Made by a program: the position numbers and the translations under genes | In this document: positions 38,801 through 53,800 of the stretch, piece by piece | Numbering within the stretch: position 1 is the first letter of the stretch | Layout of the letters: every line of letters starts with the position of its first letter | Assembly: GCA_964016885.1 (NCBI GenBank) | Contig: OZ024743.1 | Location: forward strand, 270,692,001-270,756,000 | Length of the DNA: 64,000 nucleotides | DNA from: Eledone cirrhosa | Lineage: Eukaryota | Direction: 5' to 3' | The notes under the pieces: generated by a model | The model's input: only the letters and a program-made list of their open reading frames with translations | Database searches by the model: none | What the model was told of the DNA's origin: nothing

Positions 38801-41800
38801 TACCGCCAGAGTGATATACCGCCAGAGTGATATATGGCCAGAGTAATATACCGCCAGAGTGATATACCGACAGAGTGATATACCGCCAGAGTAATATACC
38901 GCCAGAGTGATATACAGCCAGAGTGATATACAGCCAGAGTGATATACCGCCAGAGTGATATACAGCCACAGTGATATACCGCCAGTGTGATATACCGCCA
39001 GAGTGATATACAGCCAGAGTGATATACAGCCAGAGTGATATACCGCCAGAGTGATATACCGCCAGAGTGATATACCGCCAGAGTGATATACAGCCAGAGT
39101 GATATACAGCCAGAGTGATATACCGCTAGAGTGATATACCGCCAGAGTGATATACCGCCAGAGTAATATACAGCCAGAGTGATATACAGCCAGAGTGATA
39201 TACGGCCTGAGTGATATACGGCCAGAGTGATATACAGCCAGAGTGATATACAGCCAGAGTGATATACCGCTAGAGTGATATACCGCCAGAGTGATATACA
39301 GCCAGAGTGATATACAGCCAGAGTGATATACGGCCAGAGTGATATACAGCCAGAGTGATATACAGCCAGAGTGATATACCGCCAGAGTGATATACAGCCA
39401 GAGAGATATACCGCCAGTGTGATATACCGCCAGAGTGATATACCGCCAGTGTGATATACCGCCAGAGTGATATACCGACAGAGTGATATACCGCCAGAGT
39501 AATATACCGCCAGAGTGATATACCGCCAGAGTGATATACCGCCAGAGTGATATAACGCCAGAGTGATATACCGCCAGAGTGATAGACCGCCAGAGTAATA
39601 TACCGCCAGAGTGATATACCGCCAGAGTGATGTACCGCCAGAGTGATATACGGCCAGAGTGATATACAGCCTGAGTGATATACAGCCAGAGTGATATACC
39701 GCCAGAGTGATATACCGCCAGAGTGATATACCGCCTGAGTGATATACCGCCAGAGTGATATACAGCCAGAGTGATATAGAGCCAGAGTGATATACAGCCA
39801 GAGTGATATACAGCCAATGTGATATACCGCCAGAGTGATATACCGCCAGAGTGATATACCGCCAGAGTGATATACAGCCAGAGTGATATACCGTCAGAGT
39901 GATATACCGCCAGTGTGATATACCGCCAGAGTGGTATACCGCCAGAGTGATATACAGCCAGAGTGATATAGAGCCAGAGTGATATACAGCCAGAGTGATA
40001 TACAGCCAATGTGATATACCGCCAGAGTGATATACCGCCAGAGTGATATACCGCCAGAGTGATATACAGCCAGAGTGATATACCGTCAGAGTGATATATC
40101 GCCAGTGTGATATACCGCCAGAGTGATATACCGCCAGAGTGATATACAGCCAGAGTGATATACCGCCAGAGTGATATACCGCCAGAGTGATATTTCGCCA
40201 GAGTGATATACCGCCAGAGTGATATACCGCCAGAGTGATATACAGCCAGAGTGATATACATATACAGCCAGAGTGATATACGGCCAGAGTGATTTACAGC
40301 CAGAGTGATATACAGCCAGAGTGATATACCGACAGAGTGATATACAGCCAGAGTGATATACCGCCAGTGTGATATACCGCCAGAGTGATATACCGCCAGT
40401 GTGATATACCGCCAGAGTGATATACCGACAGAGTGATATACCGCCAGAGTAATATACCGCCAGAGTGATATACAGCCAGAGTGATATACCGCTAGAGTGA
40501 TATACCGCCAGAGTGATATACAGCCAGAGTGATATACGGCCAGAGTGATATACCGCCAGAGTGATATACCGCCAGAATGATATACCGCCAGAGTGATATA
40601 CCTCCAGAGTGATATACAGCTAGAGCGATATACAGCCAGATTGATATACCGCCAGAGTGATATACCGCCAGAGTGATATACCGCCAGAGTGATATATGGC
40701 CAGAGTAATATACCGCCAGAGTGATATACCGACAGAGTGATATACCGCCAGAGTAATATACCGCCAGAGTGATATACAGCCAGAGTGATATACGGCCAGA
40801 GTGATATACCGCCAGAATGATATACCGCCAGAGTGATATACCGCCTGAGTGATATACAGCCAGAGTGATATACAGCCAGAATGATATACCGCCAGAGTGA
40901 TATACCGCCAGAGTGATATACAGCCAGAGTGATATACCGCCAGAGTGATATACCGCCAGAGTGATATACAGCCAGTGTGATATACCGCCAGAGTGGTATA
41001 CCGCCAGAGTGATATACAGCCAGAGTGATATACAGCCAGAGTGATATACAGCCAGAGTGATATACAGCCAATGTGATATACCGCCAGAGTGATAAACCGC
41101 CAGAGTGTTATACCGCCAGAGTGATATACAGCCAGAGTGATATACCGTCAGAGTGATATACCGCCAGTGTGATATACCGCCAGAGTGATATACCGCCAGA
41201 GTGATATACAGCCAGAGTGATATACCGCCAGAGTGATATACCGCCAGAGTGATATTTCGCCAGAGTGATATACCGCCAGAGTGATATACCGCCAGAGTGA
41301 TATACCGCCAGAGTGATATACAGCCAGAGTGATATACAGCCAGAGTGATATACGGCCAGAGTGATATACAGCCAGAGTGATATACAGCCAGAGTGATATA
41401 CCGCCAGAGTGATATACAGCCAGAGTGATATACCGCCACTGTGATATACCGCCAGAGTGATATACCGCCAGTGTGATATACCGCCAGAGTGATATACCGA
41501 CAGAGTGATATACGGCCAGAGTAATATACCACCAGAGTGATATACAGCCTGAGTGATATACCGCTAGAGTGATATACCGCCAGAGTGATATACAGCCAGA
41601 GTGATATACGGCCAGAGTGATATACCGCCAGAGTGATATACCGCCAGAGTGATATACCGCCAGAGTGATATACCGCCAGAGTGATATACAGCCAGAGTGA
41701 TATACAGCCAGATTGATATACCGCCAGAGTGATATACCGCCAGAGTGATATACCGCCAGAGTGATATACCGCCAGAGTGATATACCGACAGAGTGATATA

Positions 41801-44800
41801 CCGCCAGAGTAATATACCGCCAGAGTGATATACAGCCAGAGTGATATACGGCCAGAGTGATATACCGCTAGAGTGATATACCGCCAGACTGATATACAGC
41901 CAGAGTGATATACCGCCAGAGTGATATACCGCCAGAGTGATATCCGCCAGAGTGATATACCGCCAGAGTGATATACCGCCAGAGTGATATACCGCTAGAG
42001 TGATATACCGCCAGACTGATATACAGCCAGAGTGATATACAGCCAGATTGATATACCGCCAGAGTGATATACCGCCAGAGTAATATACCGCCAGAGTGAT
42101 ATACGGCCAGAGTGATATACCGCCAGAGTGATATACCGCCAGAGTGATATACCGCAAGAGTGATATACCGATAGAGTGATATACCGCCAGAGTGATATAC
42201 AGCCAGAGTGATATACCGCCAGAGTGATATACCGCCAGAGTGATATTTCGCCAGAGTGATATACCGCCAGAGTGATATACCGCCAGACTGATATACCGCC
42301 AGAGTGATATACAGCCAGAGTGATGTACAGCCAGAGTGATATACAGCCAGAGTGATATACCGCCAGAGTGATATACAGCCAGAATAATATACAGCTAGAG
42401 TGATATACCGCCAGAGTGATATACCGCCAGAGTGATATACAGCCAGAGTGATATACCGCCAGAGTGATATACCGCCAGAGTGATATTTCGCCAGAGTGAT
42501 ATACCGCCAGAGTGATATACCGCCAGAGTGATATACCGCCAGAGTGATATACAGCCAAAGTGATATACAGCCAGAGTGATATACAGCCAGAGTGATATAC
42601 AGCCAGAGTGATATACCGCCAGAGTGATATACAGCCAGAGTGATATACAGTCAGAGTGATATACACCCAGAGTGATATACAGCCAGAGTGATATACCGCT
42701 AGAGTGATATACCGCCAGAGTGATATACACCCAGAGTGATATACAGCCAGAGTGATATACCGCTAGAGTGATATACCGCCAGAGTGATGTACAGCCAGAG
42801 TGATATACAGCCAGAGTGATATACGGCCAGAGTGATATACAGCCAGAGTGATATGCAGCCAGAGTGATATACCGCCAGAGTGATATACAGCCAGAGTGAT
42901 ATACCGCCAGTGTGATATACCGCCAGAGTGATATACCGACAGAGTGATATACCGCCAGAGTAATATACCGCCAGAGTGATATACAGCCAGAGTGATATAC
43001 CGCTAGAGTGATATACCGCCAGAGTGGTATACAGCCAGAGTGATATACAGCCAGAGTGATATACGGCCAAAGTGATATACAGCCAGAGTGATATACAGCC
43101 AGAGTGATATACCGCCAGAGTAATATACAGCCAGAGTGATATACAGCCAGAGTGATATACCGCTAGAGTGATATACCGCCAGAGTGATATACAGCCAGAG
43201 TGATATACAGACAGAGTGATATACGGCCAGAGTGATATACATCCAGAGTGATATACAGCCAGAGTGATATACCGCCAGAGTGATATACCGCCAGAGTGAT
43301 ATACCGCCAGAGTGATATACCGCCAGAGTGATATACAGCCAGAGTGATATACCGCCAGAGTGATATACAGCCAGAGTTATATACCGCCAGAGTGATATAC
43401 CGCCAGAGTGATATACCGCCTGAGTGATATACAGCCAGAGTGATATACAGCCAGAGTGATATACCGCCAGAGTGATATACCGCCAGAGTGATATACAGCC
43501 AGAGTGATATACCGCCAGAGTGATATACCGCCAGAGTGATATACAGCCAGAGTGATATACCGCCAGAGTGATATAGCGCCAGAGTGATGTACCTCCAGAG
43601 TGATATACCGCCAGAGTGATATAAAGCCTGCGTGATATACGGCCAGAGTGAAATACCGCCAGAGTAATATACCGCCAGAGTGATATACCGCCAGAGTGAT
43701 ATACACCCAGAGTGATATACCGTCAGAGTGATATACAGCCAGAGTGATATACCGCCAGAGTGATGTACCGCCAGAGTGATATACCGCCAGAGTGATATTC
43801 GGCCAGAGTAATATACGGCCAGAGTTATATACAGCCAGAGTGATATACAGCCAGAGTGATATACAGCCAGAGTGATATACGGCCAGAGTGATATACAGCC
43901 AGAGTGATATACCGCCAGAGTGATATACGGCCAGAGTGATATACAGCCAGAGTGATATACAGCCAGAGTGATATACAGCCAGAGTGATATACCGCCAGAG
44001 TGATATACGGCCAGAGTGATATACAGCCAGATTGATATACCGCCAGATTGATATACAGCCAGAGTGATATACAGCCAGAGTGATATACAGCCAGAGTGAT
44101 ATACAGCCAGAGTGATATACCGCCAGAGTGATATACGGCCTGAGTGATATACAGCCAGAGTGATATACAGCCAGAGTGATATACAGCCAGAGTGATATAC
44201 AGCCAGAGTGATATACAGCCAGAGTGATATACAGCCAGAGTGATATACCGCCAGAGTGATATACGGCCAGAGTGATATACAGCCAGAGTGATATACAGCC
44301 AGAGTGATATACGGCCAGAGTGATATACAGCCAGAGTGATATACAGCCAGAGTGATATACAGCCAGAGTGATATACCGCCAGAGTGATATACCGCCAGAG
44401 TGATATACCGACAGAGTGATATACCGCCAGAGTAATATACCGCCAGAGTGATATACAGCCAGTGTGATATACCGCCAGAGTGATATACCGCCAGAGTGAT
44501 ATACAGCCAGAGTGATATACCGCCAGAGTGATATACCGCCAGAGTGATATTTCGCCAGAGTGATATACCGCCAGAGTGATATACCGCCAGAGTGATATAC
44601 AGCCAGAGTGATATACATATACAGCCAGAGTGATATACGGCCAGAGTGATTTACAGCCAGAGTGATATACAGCCAGAGTGATATACCGCCAGAGTGATAT
44701 ACAGCCAGAGTGATATACCGCCAGTGTGATATACCGCCAGAGTGATATACCGCCAGTGTGATATACCGCCAGAGTGATATACCGACAGAGTGATATACCG

Positions 44801-47800
44801 CCAGAGTAATATACCGCCAGAGTGATATACAGCCAGAGTGATATACCGCTAGAGTGATATACCGCCAGAGTGATATACAGCCAGAGTGATATACGGCCAG
44901 AGTGATATACCGCCAGAGTGATATACCGCCAGAATGATATACCGCCAGAGTGATATACCTCCAGAGTGATATACAGCTAGAGCGATATACAGCCAGATTG
45001 ATATACCGCCAGAGTGATATACCGCCAGAGTGATATACCGCCAGAGTGATATATGGCCAGAGTAATATACCGCCAGAGTGATATACCGACAGAGTGATAT
45101 ACCGCCAGAGTAATATACCGCCAGAGTGATATACAGCCAGAGTGATATACGGCCAGAGTGATATACCGCCAGAATGATATACCGCCAGAGTGATATACCG
45201 CCTGAGTGATATACAGCCAGAGTGATATACAGCCAGAGTGATATACCGCCAGAGTGATATACCGCCAGAGTGATATACAGCCAGAGTGATATACCGCCAG
45301 AGTGATATACCGCCAGAGTGATATACAGCCAGTGTGATATACCGCCAGAGTGGTATACCGCCAGAGTGATATACAGCCAGAGTGATATAGAGCCAGAGTG
45401 ATATACAGCCAGAGTGATATACAGCCAATGTGATATACCGCCAGAGTGATAAACCGCCAGAGTGATATACCGCCAGAGTGATATACAGCCAGAGTGATAT
45501 ACCGTCAGAGTGATATACCGCCAGTGTGATATACCGCCAGAGTGATATACCGCCAGAGTGATATACAGCCAGAGTGATATACCGCCAGAGTGATATACCG
45601 CCAGAGTGATATTTCGCCAGAGTGATATACCGCCAGAGTGATATACCGCCAGAGTGATATACCGCCAGAGTGATATACAGCCAGAGTGATATACAGCCAG
45701 AGTGATATACGGCCAGAGTGATATACAGCCAGAGTGATATACAGCCAGAGTGATATACCGCCAGAGTGATATACAGCCAGAGTGATATACCGCCACTGTG
45801 ATATACCGCCAGAGTGATATACCGCCAGTGTGATATACCGCCAGAGTGATATACCGACAGAGTGATATACGGCCAGAGTAATATACCACCAGAGTGATAT
45901 ACAGCCTGAGTGATATACCGCTAGAGTGATATACCGCCAGAGTGATATACAGCCAGAGTGATATACGGCCAGAGTGATATACCGCCAGAGTGATATACCG
46001 CCAGAGTGATATACCGCCAGAGTGATTTACCGCCAGAGTGATATACAGCCAGAGTGATATACAGCCAGATTGATATACCGCCAGAGTGATATACCGCCAG
46101 AGTGATATACCGCCAGAGTGATATACCGCCAGAGTGATATACCGACAGAGTGATATACCGCCAGAGTAATATACCGCCAGAGTGATATACAGCCAGAGTG
46201 ATATACGGCCAGAGTGATATACCGCTAGAGTGATATACCGCCAGACTGATATACAGCCAGAGTGATATACCGCCAGAGTGATATACCGCCAGAGTGATAT
46301 ACCGCCAGAGTGATATACCGCCAGAGTGATATACCGCTAGAGTGATATACCGCCAGACTGATATACAGCCAGAGTGATATACGGCCAGAGTGATATACCG
46401 CCAGAGTGATATACCGCCAGAGTGATATACCGCCAGAGTGATGTACCGCCAGAGTGATATACCGCCAGAGTGATATACAGCCAGAGTGATATACAGCCAG
46501 ATTGATATACCGCCAGAGTGATATACCGCCAGAGTAATATACCGCCAGAGTGATATACGGCCAGAGTGATATACCGCCAGAGTGATATACCGCCAGAGTG
46601 ATATACCGCAAGAGTGATATACCGATAGAGTGATATACCGCCAGAGTGATATACAGCCAGAGTGATATACCGCCAGAGTGATATACCGCCAGAGTGATAT
46701 TTCGCCAGAGTGATATACCGACAGAGTGATATACGGCCAGAGTAATATACCACCAGAGTGATATACAGCCTGAGTGATATACCGCTAGAGTGATATACCG
46801 CCAGAGTGATATACAGCCAGAGTGATATACGGCCAGAGTGATATACCGCCAGAGTGATATACCGCCAGAGTGATATACCGCCAGAGTGATATACCGCCAG
46901 AGTGATATACAGCCAGAGTGATATACAGCCAGATTGATATACCGCCAGAGTGATATACCGCCAGAGTGATATACCGCCAGAGTGATATACCGCCAGAGTG
47001 ATATACCGACAGAGTGATATACCGCCAGAGTAATATACCGCCAGAGTGATATACAGCCAGAGTGATATACGGCCAGAGTGATATACCGCTAGAGTGATAT
47101 ACCGCCAGACTGATATACAGCCAGAGTGATATACCGCCAGAGTGATATACCGCCAGAGTGATATACCGCCAGAGTGATATACCGCCAGAGTGATATACCG
47201 CCAGAGTGATATACCGCTAGAGTGATATACCGCCAGACTGATATACAGCCAGAGTGATATACGGCCAGAGTGATATACCGCCAGAATGATATACCGCCAG
47301 AGTGATATACCGCCAGAGTGATATACCGTCAGAGTGATATACCGCCAGAGTGATATACAGCCAGAGTGATATACAGCCAGATTGATATACCGCCAGAGTG
47401 ATATACCGCCAGAGTAATATACCGCCAGAGTGATATACGGCCAGAGTGATATACCGCCAGAGTGATATACCGCCAGAGTGATATACCGCAAGAGTGATAT
47501 ACCGATAGAGTGATATACCGCCAGAGTGATATACAGCCAGAGTGATATACCGCCAGAGTGATATACCGCCAGAGTGATATTTCGCCAGAGTGATATACCG
47601 CCAGAGTGATATACCGCCAGACTGATATACCGCCAGAGTGATATACAGCCAGAGTGATATACAGCCAGAGTGATATACAGCCAGAGTGATATACCGCCAG
47701 AGTGATATACAGCCAGAATAATATACAGCTAGAGTGATATACCGCCAGAGTGATATACCGCCAGAGTGATATACAGCCAGAGTGATATACCGCCAGAGTG

Positions 47801-50800
47801 ATATACCGCCAGAGTGATATTTCGCCAGAGTGATATACCGCCAGAGTGATATACCGCCAGAGTGATATACCGCCAGAGTGATATACAGCCAAAGTGATAT
47901 ACATCCAGAGTGATATACAGCCAGAGTGATATACAGCCAGAGTGATATACCGCCAGAGTGATATACAGCCAGAGTGATATACAGTCAGAGTGATATACCG
48001 CCAGAGTGATATACACCCAGAGTGATATACAGCCAGAGTGATATACCGCTAGAGTGATATACCGCCAGAGTGATGTACAGCCAGAGTGATATACAGCCAG
48101 AGTGATATACGGCCAGAGTGATATACAGCCAGAGTGATATGCAGCCAGAGTGATATACCGCCAGAGTGATATACAGCCAGAGTGATATACCGCCAGTGTG
48201 ATATACCGCCAGAGTGATATACCGACAGAGTGATATACCGCCAGAGTAATATACCGCCAGAGTGATATACAGCCAGAGTGATATACCGCTAGAGTGATAT
48301 ACCGCCAGAGTGGTATACAGCCAGAGTGATATACAGCCAGAGTGATATACGGCCAAAGTGATATACAGCCAGAGTGATATACAGCCAGAGTGATATACCG
48401 CCAGAGTAATATACAGCCAGAGTGATATACAGCCAGAGTGATATACCGCTAGAGTGATATACCGCCAGAGTGATATACAGCCAGAGTGATATACAGACAG
48501 AGTGATATACGGCCGGAGTGATATACATCCAGAGTGATATACAGCCAGAGTGATATACCGCCAGAGTGATATACCGCCAGAGTGATATACCGCCAGAGTG
48601 ATATACCGCCAGAGTGATATACAGCCAGAGTGATATACCGCCAGAGTGATATACAGCCAGAGTTATATACCGCCAGAGTGATATACCGCCAGAGTGATAT
48701 ACCGCCTGAGTGATATACAGCCAGAGTGATATACAGCCAGAGTGATATACCGCCAGAGTGATATACCGCCAGAGTGATATACAGCCAGAGTGATATACCG
48801 CCAGAGTGATATACCGCCAGAGTGATATACAGCCAGAGTGATATACCGCCAGAGTGATATAGCGCCAGAGTGATGTACCGCCAGAGTGATATACCGCCAG
48901 AGTGATATAAAGCCTGCGTGATATACGGCCAGAGTGAAATACCGCCAGAGTAATAAACCGCCAGAGTGATATACCGCCAGAGTGATATACACCCAGAGTG
49001 ATATACCGCCAGAGTGATATACAGCCAGAGTGATATACCGCCAGAGTGATGTACCGCCAGAGTGATATACCGCCAGAGTGATATTCGGCCAGAGTAATAT
49101 ACGGCCAGAGTTATATACAGCCAGAGTGATATACAGCCAGAGTGATATACAGCCAGAGTGATATACGGCCAGAGTGATATACAGCCAGAGTGATATACCG
49201 CCAGAGTGATATACGGCCAGAGTGATATACAGCCAGAGTGATATACAGCCAGAGTGATATACAGCCAGAGTGATATACCGCCAGAGTGATATACGGCCAG
49301 AGTGATATACAGCCAGATTGATATACCGCCAGATTGATATACAGCCAGAGTGATATACAGCCAGAGTGATATACAGCCAGAGTGATATACAGCCAGAGTG
49401 ATATACCGCCAGAGTGATATACGGCCTGAGTGATATACAGCCAGAGTGATATACAGCCAGAGTGATATACAGCCAGAGTGATATACAGCCAGAGTGATAT
49501 ACAGCCAGAGTGATATACAGCCAGAGTGATATACCGCCAGAGTGATATACGGCCAGAGTGATATACAGCCAGAGTGATATACAGCCAGAGTGATATACGG
49601 CCAGAGTGATATACAGCCAGAGTGATATACAGCCAGAGTGATATACAGCCAGAGTGATATACCGCCAGAGTGATATACCGCCAGAGTGATATACCGACAG
49701 AGTGATATACCGCCAGAGTAATATACCGCCAGAGTGATATACAGCCAGTGTGATATACCGCCAGAGTGATATACCGCCAGAGTGATATACAGCCAGAGTG
49801 ATATACCGCCAGAGTGATATACCGCCAGAGTGATATTTCGCCAGAGTGATATACCGCCAGAGTGATATACCGCCAGAGTGATATACAGCCAGAGTGATAT
49901 ACATATACAGCCAGAGTGATATACGGCCAGAGTGATTTACAGCCAGAGTGATATACAGCCAGAGTGATATACCGCCAGAGTGATATACAGCCAGAGTGAT
50001 ATACCGCCAGTGTGATATACCGCCAGAGTGATATACCGCCAGTGTGATATACCGCCAGAGTGATATACCGACAGAGTGATATACCGCCAGAGTAATATAC
50101 CGCCAGAGTGATATACAGCCAGAGTGATATACCGCTAGAGTGATATACCGCCAGAGTGATATACAGCCAGAGTGATATACGGCCAGAGTGATATACCGCC
50201 AGAGTGATATACCGCCAGAATGATATACCGCCAGAGTGATATACCTCCAGAGTGATATACAGCTAGAGCGATATACAGCCAGATTGATATACCGCCAGAG
50301 TGATATACCGCCAGAGTGATATACCGCCAGAGTGATATATGGCCAGAGTAATATACCGCCAGAGTGATATACCGACAGAGTGATATACCGCCAGAGTAAT
50401 ATACCGCCAGAGTGATATACAGCCAGAGTGATATACGGCCAGAGTGATATACCGCCAGAATGATATACCGCCAGAGTGATATACCGCCTGAGTGATATAC
50501 AGCCAGAGTGATATACAGCCAGAGTGATATACCGCCAGAGTGATATACCGCCAGAGTGATATACAGCCAGAGTGATATACCGCCAGAGTGATATACCGCC
50601 AGAGTGATATACAGCCAGTGTGATATACCGCCAGAGTGGTATACCGCCAGAGTGATATACAGCCAGAGTGATATAGAGCCAGAGTGATATACAGCCAGAG
50701 TGATATACAGCCAATGTGATATACCGCCAGAGTGATAAACCGCCAGAGTGATATACCGCCAGAGTGATATACAGCCAGAGTGATATACCGTCAGAGTGAT

Positions 50801-53800
50801 ATACCGCCAGTGTGATATACCGCCAGAGTGATATACCGCCAGAGTGATATACAGCCAGAGTGATATACCGCCAGAGTGATATACCGCCAGAGTGATATTT
50901 CGCCAGAGTGATATACCGCCAGAGTGATATACCGCCAGAGTGATATACCGCCAGAGTGATATACAGCCAGAGTGATATACAGCCAGAGTGATATACGGCC
51001 AGAGTGATATACAGCCAGAGTGATATACAGCCAGAGTGATATACCGCCAGAGTGATATACAGCCAGAGTGATATACCGCCACTGTGATATACCGCCAGAG
51101 TGATATACCGCCAGTGTGATATACCGCCAGAGTGATATACCGACAGAGTGATATACGGCCAGAGTAATATACCACCAGAGTGATATACAGCCTGAGTGAT
51201 ATACCGCTAGAGTGATATACCGCCAGAGTGATATACAGCCAGAGTGATATACGGCCAGAGTGATATACCGCCAGAGTGATATACCGCCAGAGTGATATAC
51301 CGCCAGAGTGATATACCGCCAGAGTGATATACAGCCAGAGTGATATACAGCCAGATTGATATACCGCCAGAGTGATATACCGCCAGAGTGATATACCGCC
51401 AGAGTGATATACCGCCAGAGTGATATACCGACAGAGTGATATACCGCCAGAGTAATATACCGCCAGAGTGATATACAGCCAGAGTGATATACGGCCAGAG
51501 TGATATACCGCTAGAGTGATATACCGCCAGACTGATATACAGCCAGAGTGATATACCGCCAGAGTGATATACCGCCAGAGTGATATACCGCCAGAGTGAT
51601 ATACCGCCAGAGTGATATACCGCTAGAGTGATATACCGCCAGACTGATATACAGCCAGAGTGATATACGGCCAGAGTGATATACCGCCAGAGTGATATAC
51701 CGCCAGAGTGATATACCGCCAGAGTGATGTACCGCCAGAGTGATATACCGCCAGAGTGATATACAGCCAGAGTGATATACAGCCAGATTGATATACCGCC
51801 AGAGTGATATACCGCCAGAGTAATATACCGCCAGAGTGATATACGGCCAGAGTGATATACCGCCAGAGTGATATACCGCCAGAGTGATATACCGCAAGAG
51901 TGATATACCGATAGAGTGATATACCGCCAGAGTGATATACAGCCAGAGTGATATACCGCCAGAGTGATATACCGCCAGAGTGATATTTCGCCAGAGTGAT
52001 ATACCGCCAGAGTGATATACCGCCAGAGTGATATACCACCAGAGTGATATACAGCCAGAGTGATATACAGCCAGAGTGATATACAGCCAGAGTGATATAC
52101 CGCCAGAGTGATATACAGCCAGAATAATATACAGCTAGAGTGATATACCGCCAGAGTGATATACCGCCAGAGTGATATACAGCCAGAGTGATATACCGCC
52201 AGAGTGATATACCGCCAGAGTGATATTTCGCCAGAGTGATATACCGCCAGAGTGATATACCGCCAGAGTGATATACCGCCAGAGTGATATACAGCCAAAG
52301 TGATATACAGCCAGAGTGATATACAGCCAGAGTGATATACAGCCAGAGTGATATACCGCCAGAGTGATATACAGCCAGAGTGATATACAGTCAGAGTGAT
52401 ATACCGCCAGAGTGATATACACCCAGAGTGATATACAGCCAGAGTGATATACCGCTAGAGTGATATACCGCCAGCGTGATGTACAGCCAGAGTGATATAC
52501 AGCCAGAGTGATATACGGCCAGAGTGATATACAGCCAGAGTGATATGCAGCCAGAGTGATATACCGCCAGAGTGATATACAGCCAGAGTGATATACCGCC
52601 AGTGTGATATACCGCCAGAGTGATATACCGACAGAGTGATATACCGCCAGAGTAATATACCGCCAGAGTGATATACAGCCACAGTGATATACCGCTAGAG
52701 TGATATAGCGCCAGAGTGGTATACAGCCAGAGTGATATACAGCCAGAGTGATATACGGCCAAAGTGATATACAGCCAGAGTGATATACAGCCAGAGTGAT
52801 ATACCGCCAGAGTAATATACAGCCAGAGTGATATACAGCCAGAGTGATATACCGCTAGAGTGATATACCGCCAGAGTGATATACAGCCAGAGTGATATAC
52901 AGACAGAGTGATATACGGCCAGGGTGATATACATCCAGAGTGATATACAGCCAGAGTGATATACCGCCAGAGTGATATACCGCCAGAGTGATATACCGCC
53001 AGAGTGATATACCGCCAGAGTGATATACAGCCAGAGTGATATACCGCCAGAGTGATATACAGCCAGAGTTATATACCGCCAGAGTGATATACCGCCAGAG
53101 TGATATACCGCCTGAGTGATATACAGCCAGAGTGATATACAGCCAGAGTGATATACCGCCAGAGTGATATACCGCCAGAGTGATATACAGCCAGAGTGAT
53201 ATACCGCCAGAGTGATATACCGCCAGAGTGATATACAGCCAGAGTGATATACCGCCAGAGTGATATAGCGCCAGAGTGATGTACCGCCAGAGTGATATAC
53301 CGGCAGAGTGATATAAAGCCAGCGTGATATACGGCCAGAGTGAAATACCGCCAGAGTAATATACCGCCAGAGTGATATACCGCCAGAGTGATATACACCC
53401 AGAGTGATATACCGCCAGAGTGATATACAGCCAGAGTGATATACCGCCAGAGTGATGTACCGCCAGAGTGATATACCGCCAGAGTGATATTCGGCCAGAG
53501 TAATATACGGCCAGAGTTATATACAGCCAGAATGATATACAGCCAGCGTGATATACAGCCAGAGTGATATACGGCCAGAGTGATATACAGCCAGAGTGAT
53601 ATACCGCCAGAGTGATATACGGCCAGAGTGATATACAGCCAGAGTGATATACAGCCAGAGTGATATACAGCCAGAGTGATATACCGCCAGAGTGATATAC
53701 GGCCAGAGTGATATACAGCCAGATTGATATACCGCCAGATTGATATACAGCCAGAGTGATATACAGCCAGAGTGATATACAGCCAGAGTGATATACAGCC

